This document shows, piece after piece, positions 15,901 through 22,722 of a stretch of 23,876 nt of DNA. Below the pieces are notes generated by a model that saw only the letters and a list, made by a program, of their open reading frames with translations, did no database searches and was not told where the DNA came from. The first letter of the stretch is position 1. Every line of letters begins with the position of its first letter. This DNA is from an archaeon. GTDB lineage: Archaea; Iainarchaeota; Iainarchaeia; Iainarchaeales; CSSED10-239. Both the position numbers and the translations under genes were made by a program. The stretch is taken from positions 1 through 23,876 of the forward strand of contig DAOOON010000003.1 in NCBI GenBank assembly GCA_035387745.1. Direction: 5' to 3'.

Positions 15901-16512
15901 AGGAACTGCTAAAGAATTAATATCTTTTGTTCTGATTGCGTTTGTATCCACGTATTCTGTCGTATATGCAGAACTATAATTATTTAAACTTGAAACCGGA
16001 ACTAGATAAACAATGTGCTTATCAATATATGTTTCTGAATCAGAAATTGTGCCATTAGAATAATCAACAGTTATTGCTCCAGAATAAAAATTCAAATAGT
16101 TAGGGATGCCGCCGTTGTAGTTCACAGAAATTACTGCAGAATTTGTGGGTTCTACTGCATCAACAGTAAATGTAGCAGAAGCGCCGCCACCTACTGCAGA
16201 TATTGTAACTATATCACTGTCACCAACTGGTATTGTGGGTATGCCCTCCGTAATTGAAGCAGATTGCGCAGAAAAAGAAACTACCGCAGAACCATCAGAG
16301 TTCTGTACATTAAAATCAATGCCATCATCTATATTTGAAGAAATATGCAAAAGTGCGGGATAAGAATCAGCAGTCACAGTAAAAAAAACAGACTTTCCTA
16401 TATTGACATAATTATATCCACTATTAATTGTAATCTCACTTACTGCTGCAAAAATTGAAGAATTTACCAATATTAAAATCAATAAAACCAAAATTACTTT
16501 TCTTAAAAACAT
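12910..16512 (-). CDS. Large type-I membrane-anchored cell-surface protein with Ig-like and fibronectin-III-like repeats
   Basis: 1200-aa ORF with N-terminal signal-like 'KVILVLLILILVNSSIFA'. Domain-end motifs recur: ANDIAGN, ATDNVGN, GVDNVGN, ALDLRNN, VYDKALN. Boundary motifs recur: FDNTEAT, VDLTPPSIP, YDNTAPTVP, MDSTTPDF. FN3-like strings are 'VTITWESGAS...LKEYRVY' and 'AKLTWTEST...VKYRIYY'. There is one C-terminal TM helix 'IIIYLIATILVIIIIILIIGAI' and a K/E/T-rich cytoplasmic tail. Confidence 0.8.
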   Translation of the reverse strand: MFLRKVILVLLILILVNSSIFAAVSEITINSGYNYVNIGKSVFFTVTADSYPALLHISSNIDDGIDFNVQNSDGSAVVSFSAQSASITEGIPTIPVGDSDIVTISAVGGGASATFTVDAVEPTNSAVISVNYNGGIPNYLNFYSGAITVDYSNGTISDSETYIDKHIVYLVPVSSLNNYSSAYTTEYVDTNAIRTKDINSLAVPIISDGNYYIVIDANDIAGNYSDSDAVKNTKVNVYFDNTEATISDVIIKDSSVGNVSTGTVYTDKNVFDLAVILSDASGIANESTMTVKLPNGGSRTDSSYSSGFLISEEEISAALAGHQVITSERYNVEISATDNVGNVYQDDFNIIVDLTPPSIPQKNELSIEDYDKNVTITWESGASSDGAGSGLKEYRVYKDDTTFTEISNQTLVCTTSTTTYTCKDADDKDIGDTIYYGVVGVDNVGNISDANTRSISTGPDNCTVKINDGDDFTNNPVVQLEIEFSDDVNAIGISCNNGSSTAIAADDNISFNLTTGTGCSTTNEEKTIYVKVISEDDPDRFSICSSDIIYDNTAPTVPTNLAATIQTDGSAKLTWTESTESVEPDTVKYRIYYSTSSNLTNTAEYKESTTNNYTFMSNQDINLYFKVSALDLRNNESALSSSVLANIKKIGPRFIIEVNPSNDVNGEIYVNSGAKTIEFLSDEALSENPQVSIKKANSSTYENILSTYDSTTKKGSATTAFVSSGINTIKITGENTKNETAYSELEIIMDSTTPDFNVTHELVDSVTYIIGLYNLPEDIFKVEYSVDDLNVIYSRQQVTDYNFSEYDLSETPDGNHTMYIHVYDKALNKKTKTFNYVVDLIDEDKVTCDLLRDKIANKLSTLEEEIDLFKAIKIIDSKLEQTINDKKTIIFTKRSEGNDKYSDQNYLSAKADYQFSLNEIQAIDDLLPEIEIIKSTTLSVIYDANVPVSLEEILDQNILVKTKALYDSNTIKVDRNFDALKIGTQNFFSVKLIIKNIGTISKEITIVENIPKSFASNVSNLIFNKEVEILVKDPIIKYNTAISPNGSEELIYTSLIPVTAVDVATKYNVITKEFNTKLPLIIDGNVSSEQLDIKKPINIQIIIYLIATILVIIIIILIIGAINNYKNKKIDIRPDSKKMMYDYFGKDGKEKQKANGPQEPSKTENTENKTQTAEEKTKKSSESDKFNEDYQYILSAIKKR

Positions 16513-16630
16513 TTATTTGCACCACACTAGCCTATTTTTTATTTATTTCTTGATTTTAATAAATAATTACTATAAATATAATATATTATATATTTAAAAT
16601 GTTTGCCTTTTATATATTTTTGAAAAGAAT

Positions 16631-17353
16631 ATGATTAAAGAACTGGATTTTAATGAAAAGCACATAACTATCGTTGGTACTGCTCACATTTCTGCAAAGA
16701 ATAGAGACCAAGTTAAAGATATAATATTAGAGAAAAAACCAACAGCTGTTTGCGTAGAACTTGATGCTAACAGACTCTATGCACTAATGCACCCTGAAGA
16801 ACAAAAAAAACCAAAATTTTCAAATATATTTAAAACTAAACATAAGTCTGTTTTTCTTCTAAGCTACATACTTGGAGGACTACAGAAAAATATTGCAAAA
16901 AATTTTAATATTACTCCTGGAGAAGAAATGCTTTCAGCAATCTCTGGAGCCAAAGAAATTGGTGCAAGAATCTACCTGGTAGATAGAGACATTAATATCA
17001 CATTACAAAAGCTCTTGAAAAGACTTACATTTGGAGAAAAAATGAAAGTCTTGTTTGGAGGATTGTTTATTCCAAAAAAAGAACTTAAAAAAATAGACAT
17101 AAACAAACTAATGTCAGAAGTTGAAACAGAAGAAGAAAAATCAGAAATAATTGAAGAAATTATGAAACTGTTTACAAAAAGACATAAAAAACTTAAAGAA
17201 ATACTAATTGACGAAAGAGACGAGTTTATTGCTTATAATCTTCAAAAGATTCCAGAAGAAAATATTATAGTTGTTGTTGGAGCCGGTCATATGAACGGAA
17301 TTATTAATAATCTAAATAAAGAAATAGATATTAAAAAAATACTAACTATTTGA
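16631..17353 (+). CDS. TraB/PrgY/GumN-family protein
   Basis: 240-aa ORF. 'ITIVGTAHISAKNRDQV', 'AVCVELDANR' and the C-terminal 'VVGAGHMNGI' are the family hallmarks. Confidence 0.7.
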   Translation: MIKELDFNEKHITIVGTAHISAKNRDQVKDIILEKKPTAVCVELDANRLYALMHPEEQKKPKFSNIFKTKHKSVFLLSYILGGLQKNIAKNFNITPGEEMLSAISGAKEIGARIYLVDRDINITLQKLLKRLTFGEKMKVLFGGLFIPKKELKKIDINKLMSEVETEEEKSEIIEEIMKLFTKRHKKLKEILIDERDEFIAYNLQKIPEENIIVVVGAGHMNGIINNLNKEIDIKKILTI

Positions 17354-18173
17354 AATTTTTATCCGTTATTATCTTTAGATAAGCACCAAGTGTGTGAATC
17401 CTTGGAACCATGCCTACGAGTTCTCCATTAACTACAACTCTACCAAGCTTTATTTCTTTTAATAATTCTAATTCTGTTTGTGCTTTTGCTATTAGATAGC
17501 CGTTACCTATCTCATAAGGCATGTGCGCATCAGAACCGGCGGTTTGTATTAGGCCATGCTTATGTGCAAACTCTTTTGCTATCTCGTTTGCTCTGCTTGT
17601 TAAAACTCTAGCATTAAATGTTTCCATTGCTGGAACAAATCTTGAAATTGGCCCATTATTCATTAGATAATCAAATCCTCTAAAATATCTCCCTGTATCA
17701 AAAGGATGGGGAAAGGAAAGAAGTGCAGATTGCGATCTTGCATCATCTACGACTTCTAATATCTCTGTAGAGGTTATTTTGTCGTAAGTAAACAATGCTA
17801 AAATATGTCCTAACTTTTTTCCATTAAAAGTAACATCTATTTCTTGTCCAGGAACAAAAACAATATTATTTTGTTTTGCTAATCTTGCAAGCTCTGGCCA
17901 AGCCCTTATGGTGTTATGATCAGTTATTGCAAAGCCTTTAAGGCCCGCAGCTTTTACTCTTTTAATAATAGTTTCTGGTTCGCTTACAGCATCAGGTGAA
18001 AACTTAGAGTGTATATGTAAATCAAATTTACTAAATTCACTAGGATAACTAATTTTGGTTTTAGAAAAATAAGTGTGTGCATCTTTATGTGGCTTTGATT
18101 TTGCTTTCGCTTTTTTCTTAACTTCTGGTTTTGAAACCTTTTTTATTGTTTTTGCTTTGATCAAAATTATCAC
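17346..18173 (-). CDS. PHP-domain metal-dependent phosphoesterase
   Basis: 275-aa ORF with 'FDLHIHSKFSPDA', 'FAITDHNT' and 'GSDAH', plus a Lys-rich N-terminus. The start is non-ATG: either GTG at 18173, or TTG at 18164 lying 5 nt after GGTGA. Its 3' end overlaps the convergent TraB gene by 8 nt. Confidence 0.75.
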   Translation of the reverse strand: MIILIKAKTIKKVSKPEVKKKAKAKSKPHKDAHTYFSKTKISYPSEFSKFDLHIHSKFSPDAVSEPETIIKRVKAAGLKGFAITDHNTIRAWPELARLAKQNNIVFVPGQEIDVTFNGKKLGHILALFTYDKITSTEILEVVDDARSQSALLSFPHPFDTGRYFRGFDYLMNNGPISRFVPAMETFNARVLTSRANEIAKEFAHKHGLIQTAGSDAHMPYEIGNGYLIAKAQTELELLKEIKLGRVVVNGELVGMVPRIHTLGAYLKIITDKNFK

Positions 18174-18247
18174 CTAAATTTCTTACACTAAAAATAATAA
18201 TATCAAAGATGTTTTTAAAGGTTTTGATTTCTTAAGAAATAGTTTAA

Positions 18248-18440
18248 GACAAGAGAAAACCATACTAATATTCTGTTTCGACCTTCAAGCCAGGTAATAG
18301 CATATTTCTCTTGCCTATACCGACCCCGAGTTTCTTTTCAGGGTTAATTTTTCATTCAGCAATCTTATTCGACCCCCCCTGGAAGATACCGTTTTAATCC
18401 ATTTTGCTCCGTGCCTAGTTTTCTAGAATCACTTGGATTA
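18248..18440 (-). ncRNA. Candidate structured non-coding RNA of unassigned class
   Basis: It lies in a 466-bp gap with no ORF of 60 aa or more in any frame. A hand count gives about 44% G+C over 18273-18418, against visibly lower values in flanking DNA. Several helices are present, and their wobble pairs are G:U only if the minus strand is transcribed (details in the finding). TATA-like ATATATTTT lies upstream on the minus strand (18463-18471). Confidence 0.35.
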
Positions 18441-18639
18441 TTTGTATTATCAAATTCCAAAATATATGTGTGTTCAGCAGTATATATATACTATCCTTAA
18501 TTTTGTGTAATTTTTGGAACATAAATTAAATAAAAGATGAGCCAACTTTTGAGGCGCCTATAAAAACCACTGTTTTGAGGCCTTAGTGAAAGGTTAACTA
18601 AAATAAGTTACTTTTAACTTCGATAAGTTAAAATTAAAA

Positions 18640-19179
18640 CTAGAAAGAAATAAGTAAGATATATATAACAAGGTTGTAAAGAACATGCGCAAAAATATTT
18701 GGCCAGAGATTATTATATTTTTTATAAATGCTAGAAAGAAAGATTCCAAGCACGAATGCGCCAATTATTTCTATAATTGAGCCATAAGCTAAATGACCTA
18801 TGGCAAAAAAAGCACTAGATAAAATCACACCAAGCCTTGGAGTTAAAAAACCTCTAAAGAACCATTCTTCTAAAAATACTCTAATCAAGAAAAGATAAAC
18901 AATAGCAAGAGGAGAATACTTTAAAATCTCTTCTCCTACAAGATTAAGATCAGAAACTTTAAAAAGAACAGAAAAGAAACTAAGCGTGTAGCTTAAAGCA
19001 AAAAGCAAAAGAAAAACAATAATTGTTTTTTTAAAAAGCTCTTTAAAAGAAATTTTCTTTAAACCCTGTAATCTAAAGACTTGAGAAAAACTATTTGCTC
19101 TACTAAATAGAAATATAAAATAAAAAGGTATGAAAAATAGAAAAATGTCTAATATAAATTCTTCTGCAATAAATAACAT
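18640..19179 (-). CDS. CPBP-family (CAAX/Abi-type) intramembrane glutamic protease
   Basis: 179-aa polytopic ORF carrying the three family motifs 'EEWFFRG' (EExxxR), 'FFAIGH' (FxxxH) and 'HVLYN' (HxxxN). Confidence 0.8.
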   Translation of the reverse strand: MLFIAEEFILDIFLFFIPFYFIFLFSRANSFSQVFRLQGLKKISFKELFKKTIIVFLLLFALSYTLSFFSVLFKVSDLNLVGEEILKYSPLAIVYLFLIRVFLEEWFFRGFLTPRLGVILSSAFFAIGHLAYGSIIEIIGAFVLGIFLSSIYKKYNNLWPNIFAHVLYNLVIYILLISF

Positions 19180-19203
19180 GGTTTATCAAAAGAAAAGAAT
19201 GTT

Positions 19204-19428
19204 TTATTCAAAAACATTCATTCCGCATTTGCCGCAAGCATATCTGGTTTTGCCTTCTTTTGATTTATGAAGTCCCATTCTTACGCCTGTTCCACATTTT
19301 GGACACTCTTTCCCTTTTCGGTCTACAGTGTCTCCAGAAACACTATAGAATTTACTTACTTTAATATTAACTGTTGGCTTATGCTTTGTTTTTCCTTTCT
19401 TTACTCCGCCGCCTTTCTTCTTACCCAT
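19204..19428 (-). CDS. rps27ae: 30S ribosomal protein S27ae (eS31)
   Basis: 74-aa ORF with the zinc ribbon 'CPKCGTGVRMGLHKSKEGKTRYACGKCG' and a basic N-terminus. It sits directly after S24e, as in many archaea. Confidence 0.85.
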   Translation of the reverse strand: MGKKKGGGVKKGKTKHKPTVNIKVSKFYSVSGDTVDRKGKECPKCGTGVRMGLHKSKEGKTRYACGKCGMNVFE

Positions 19429-19434
19429 TTAATA

Positions 19435-19743
19435 TCACTCCTCATCTTTCTTTTTTTCTTCTTTTTTTTCTTCAAGATCTCCTGTTCTTTTGATCTTGTA
19501 GTTTAGTTCTAATTCCTTTAATATTTTTGCATTATCATAAAGCTTTAGATAAGCTACTGCTGATTGTTTACCTGATTCTTGAGAAATCTTATCAACAACC
19601 AAAAGCTTTTCATCAGCTCCAAGCATTGCTGAAACCTTTTTTAAAAGTTCTTTTCTGCTTGGTGTTTTTGCGCCTTTAACTTTAGCAATTATTGCAGTTC
19701 TGTGCAATAACTCGTTTCTTTGTTTTTCAATTTCTATATTCAT
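19435..19743 (-). CDS. rps24e: 30S ribosomal protein S24e (eS24)
   Basis: 102-aa ORF. 'QRNELLHRTAIIAKVKGAKTPSRKELLKKVSAMLG...LVVDKISQESGKQSAVAYLKLYDN' matches the S24e pattern. Confidence 0.85.
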   Translation of the reverse strand: MNIEIEKQRNELLHRTAIIAKVKGAKTPSRKELLKKVSAMLGADEKLLVVDKISQESGKQSAVAYLKLYDNAKILKELELNYKIKRTGDLEEKKEEKKKDEE

Positions 19744-19756
19744 ATTAATCTCCTTT

Positions 19757-19975
19757 TTATCTGCTTAATCTTAATGCATATCTTCCTGGCGTCTTAACTT
19801 CCATTGCTTTTGCTATGTCTGAATTTTCTGAATCGATTATAAGGGCATTACCCTTCCAGAAAGTTGTAAAGGTTGTATTTCCACACACGGGGCATTCTTT
19901 AATTGAGGACTTGTCTTCATCTGCGATATCGTCTTCTACAATTTTTCTACATTTTCTACATGCTTTGTATACCAT
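19757..19975 (-). CDS. spt4: Transcription elongation factor Spt4 (RpoE'')
   Basis: 72-aa ORF with the zinc ribbon CRKC...CPVCG followed by 'FTTFWKGNALIID...IAKAMEVKTPGRYALRL'. It lies directly downstream of Rpo7. Confidence 0.85.
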   Translation of the reverse strand: MVYKACRKCRKIVEDDIADEDKSSIKECPVCGNTTFTTFWKGNALIIDSENSDIAKAMEVKTPGRYALRLSR

Positions 19976-19981
19976 AAATTA

Positions 19982-20611
19982 TCACTTTTTCTTTTTTGAT
20001 CTAGATTTATTATCTGCTTTATCTTCTTTTCCTTTTCCTGTTGTTTTCTTAACAACTTTCTTTTCTTTTTTCTTCTCTGCTTTTTGCCATTCTGGTTTTC
20101 CAAGCCCAAACTGTCTCATTGTTAAACCGATTTTTGTGTCTGCGATGCTTGGCTTTAAACTAACATTAGCAATTCTTGCAATTATTTCGTCACCAACAAC
20201 AAGAGTTTGCTTGCTTTCTTTACCACTAAATCCTGGAAGCTCTGCATTATAGGAATTGAAATCTTCCATAACCTGAGAAACGTGGCAAAGACCTTCAAAT
20301 GGGCCCATCTTAATGAATGCACCAAAATCTGTTGCTTGAGATATATTACCTGAAACAATCTCATGAAGCTTTGGAAGATAACTAACAACTGAAAATTTAA
20401 CTTTAAAAAATACATTAGGGTCTGCTGGAACAATCTCTCCAATATCGTGAGAAATAACTTCTGTTACTGCAACAATAACTCCAATATTTTTATCAATTAT
20501 GCCTTCAAAATCATTACATAATTGATCAAGAATTATGTCTTTTAGCTCTCCAGACAATCTCTGTGGAGCAATACTAACTATTCCCTCTATTGTGTATTTT
20601 TTATAGCCCAT
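19982..20611 (-). CDS. rpoE: DNA-directed RNA polymerase subunit Rpo7 (RpoE') with a Lys-rich C-terminal tail
   Basis: 209-aa ORF. The N-terminal Rpb7-like domain is followed by an S1 domain ('EIVSGNISQATDFGAFIKMGPFEGLCHVSQV'). The last 38 aa are K-rich low complexity. Confidence 0.9.
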   Translation of the reverse strand: MGYKKYTIEGIVSIAPQRLSGELKDIILDQLCNDFEGIIDKNIGVIVAVTEVISHDIGEIVPADPNVFFKVKFSVVSYLPKLHEIVSGNISQATDFGAFIKMGPFEGLCHVSQVMEDFNSYNAELPGFSGKESKQTLVVGDEIIARIANVSLKPSIADTKIGLTMRQFGLGKPEWQKAEKKKEKKVVKKTTGKGKEDKADNKSRSKKKK

Positions 20612-20623
20612 TTTATCTCTCCT

Positions 20624-21031
20624 TTAGTTTAAAAAAACATCATGTAATCTTAATGTTAAAACTCTATTTCCTTTCTTTTTTATTTTTGCTTTTAATATTC
20701 TGTCGTTTGTGTATATTATATATTTATTGCTAAAATATATTAATAAATTATCCACTTTCTTATATCTTTCAATTAAATTTTTATCAACAGCTAAAATTTC
20801 AAACTTATTTAGTTCTTTTAATTTTTCTATGTAATTTTTTAAGGTTTTTAACTTTTGTGGTTTATCTTTGTAAACTTTTTCTATTTCTTTAAAAGATTCA
20901 TCAAGCACAAAAAACTTTGCATTTGGTAGCACTGTGAGAGCAAACTCAAAGATGTCTCTTTTAAGTTCATACATGTAAATGAATACATTTGTATCAACTA
21001 TAATATTTGCTACTCTATCGAATTTGTGCAT
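20624..21031 (-). CDS. PIN-domain protein, Fcf1/Utp24-like (COG1412-type)
   Basis: 135-aa ORF with acidic PIN residues in 'IVDTNVFI', 'VLDESFKEI', 'KVDNLLI' and 'YTNDRILKAKIKKKG'. It holds the conserved position between aIF2-gamma and Rpo7, and its start overlaps the aIF2-gamma 3' end by 17 nt. Confidence 0.75.
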   Translation of the reverse strand: MHKFDRVANIIVDTNVFIYMYELKRDIFEFALTVLPNAKFFVLDESFKEIEKVYKDKPQKLKTLKNYIEKLKELNKFEILAVDKNLIERYKKVDNLLIYFSNKYIIYTNDRILKAKIKKKGNRVLTLRLHDVFLN

Positions 21032-22214
21032 AACCTGATAATCTCCAACGTCCTGAAACCAATCTACTGATTGCTATTGTTTCATCTTTGTAGTATACTG
21101 CTACATTCTTTAGAGAAATACTTACTATGTCTCCCTTTATCTTCTTTATTGTGCCAAGGTGAGCAGCAGTTCCAATTATTAGAACTACATTCTCTCCAAG
21201 TTTAATATCTTCTTTATTTGATTCTAGTAGTCTTTCAATTTTTATGTATTTTAGTTCTAATTCTTGATTTATTAAAGGCTTAGAACTTTCTTCACATATC
21301 AATTGCCCAATCATCTTATCTCCTGCTATATAGAACGGGTCAAGAGTTGTTCCAACAGCTATTAATCCACCAGCATGAACTTGTTTAAAAGATATACCAT
21401 TGGAATTTAATGATTCTATTGTAATTTCTATTGGCTTGTTAATACCAGGATATAACCACGCCTTCTGTTTCTCAGATAGCGTTCCTTGCATAATTGCGCC
21501 ACCAAGAACTCCGCCTTTTATTTTCTCGACTGGGTTTCCTGGTTTATTAATATCAAAAGATCTGACAATTCTCATCTTTAATGGAGCTTTTGTGTCTAGC
21601 TCTGGGACTGGAATTGCAGTTAATAATGCATAAACTAAAGCATCAATGTTAGCATCAAAATGCGCAGAGGTTGGTATGATTGGAACATGAGAATAGCCTT
21701 CATCATCTAAAAACTTTCTAATTTTTTTATAGTTTTCTTGTGCTTCTTCTTTTGTCACTAAATCTATTTTGTTCTGAGCAACAACTAGGTTTTTTAGCCC
21801 ATGCATTTTTAATGCCGAGAAATGTTCAATAGTTCTTGGCTGTGGGCATTCTTCATTAGCCGCAACAACAAGTATTGCGCCATTTAATAATGTTGCACCA
21901 GATAGCATTACTGCCATTAAGGTCTCGTGGCCAGGAGCATCAACAAAAGAAACTTTTCTTACAAGTTCTCTTTCTCCACCACACAGATGACATTTATTTG
22001 TTACACCATAAGCTTGAAGACCTTGACAAGTCTTACATTTATAGAAACATGCATCAGCATAGCCAAGTTTTATAGATATTCCTTGCTTGATTTCATCAGA
22101 ATGTTTATCTGTCCATGTTCCAGTTATCTTTGAAGTTAATGTTGTTTTTCCGTGGTCAACATGTCCTACCACGCCGATATTAAGAACTGATTGTATGTTT
22201 TCCATATTATTCAA
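21015..22214 (-). CDS. eif2g: Translation initiation factor aIF2 gamma subunit
   Basis: 399-aa ORF with the G1 motif 'GHVDHGKTTL', 'DAPGHE', 'NKID' and the zinc knuckle 'CKTCQG...CHLCGG'. Confidence 0.95.
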   Translation of the reverse strand: MNNMENIQSVLNIGVVGHVDHGKTTLTSKITGTWTDKHSDEIKQGISIKLGYADACFYKCKTCQGLQAYGVTNKCHLCGGERELVRKVSFVDAPGHETLMAVMLSGATLLNGAILVVAANEECPQPRTIEHFSALKMHGLKNLVVAQNKIDLVTKEEAQENYKKIRKFLDDEGYSHVPIIPTSAHFDANIDALVYALLTAIPVPELDTKAPLKMRIVRSFDINKPGNPVEKIKGGVLGGAIMQGTLSEKQKAWLYPGINKPIEITIESLNSNGISFKQVHAGGLIAVGTTLDPFYIAGDKMIGQLICEESSKPLINQELELKYIKIERLLESNKEDIKLGENVVLIIGTAAHLGTIKKIKGDIVSISLKNVAVYYKDETIAISRLVSGRWRLSGYAQIR

Positions 22215-22232
22215 TTTAATTTTTTCTTTGCC

Positions 22233-22263
22233 GAGTGTTTCTTTTTTCTAAAAAGAAAAACTC
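22233..22263 (-). promoter_or_regulatory. Intercistronic 13-bp imperfect hairpin between rps6e and eif2g
   Basis: GAGTGTTTCTTTT-ttcta-AAAAGAAAAACTC has one mismatch in 13 pairs and sits in the 79-nt spacer. Its function (terminator, attenuator or processing site) is unknown. Confidence 0.3.
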
Positions 22264-22293
22264 TTGTATTTTTTCCATTTTTTTTATTTCACT

Positions 22294-22704
22294 TTATTTT
22301 TTCTTTTTCTTTGCGCCTGAGTCTTCTTCTTTCTTTTGCTTTGGAAATTTCTCAAAAAAGCCAGTTGTGTCTCCTGCAGTTAATTTAATATTAACTTGAG
22401 CAGTTCCAGCAACTACAACTCTTCCAGCAACTCTTACTCTTCGTCTCTCTCCGGATCTTTTTGTTCTAAAGCCTATGCCTTTTGTTGTTAGAATCTTTTT
22501 AGAAACTTCAGAGTCAAGCTTTGTGTGCATTGGAAAGCCTTGTTTATTTGCGCCACCTGTTATTTTCCCTTTTAACCCTGGAGAAATATTAGATAAATCA
22601 ACCTCATCGTTGATTTTCTTTCCAAGCAAATGAAGTTTTGTCTTTTCATCTGCTTCTGCATTATAGCTTTTTTTTGTTTTTGGATCTGATAATGTTAATC
22701 TCAA
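22294..22704 (-). CDS. rps6e: 30S ribosomal protein S6e (eS6)
   Basis: 136-aa ORF. 'LTLSDPKTKKSY', 'ITGGANKQGFPM' and 'GERRRVRVAGRVV' match the S6e pattern. The start is apparently TTG, because there is an in-frame stop two codons upstream. Confidence 0.85.
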   Translation of the reverse strand: MRLTLSDPKTKKSYNAEADEKTKLHLLGKKINDEVDLSNISPGLKGKITGGANKQGFPMHTKLDSEVSKKILTTKGIGFRTKRSGERRRVRVAGRVVVAGTAQVNIKLTAGDTTGFFEKFPKQKKEEDSGAKKKKK

Positions 22705-22722
22705 AATTCATACACCTCTTTT

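Noticed and set aside
18174-18639. Identification of the intergenic RNA candidate as RNase P RNA, SRP (7S) RNA, 5S rRNA, a C/D-box sRNA or an intron-containing or split tRNA.
   Set aside because: There are faint resemblances only: GGAGCAA and ACAGAA strings in RNase-P-like order, CUAGGC/G-run as in SRP Alu domains, and GGUCGAAAC. The diagnostic motifs are absent: GGAAAGUCC CR-I, the helix-8 GNAR loop with AGCA, the 5S loop C / helix III sequence, RUGAUGA/CUGA boxes, and GTTCRANYC. I therefore assign no class.
19267-20442. ORFs at 19267..19506 (+), 19815..20252 (+) and 20182..20442 (-), plus those inside eif2g, rps6e and infB (21400..21633, 21875..22133, 22191..22388, 22638..22820, 23318..23569).
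   Set aside because: They overlap strongly supported ribosomal, transcription or translation genes and encode low-complexity peptides. They are shadow ORFs.
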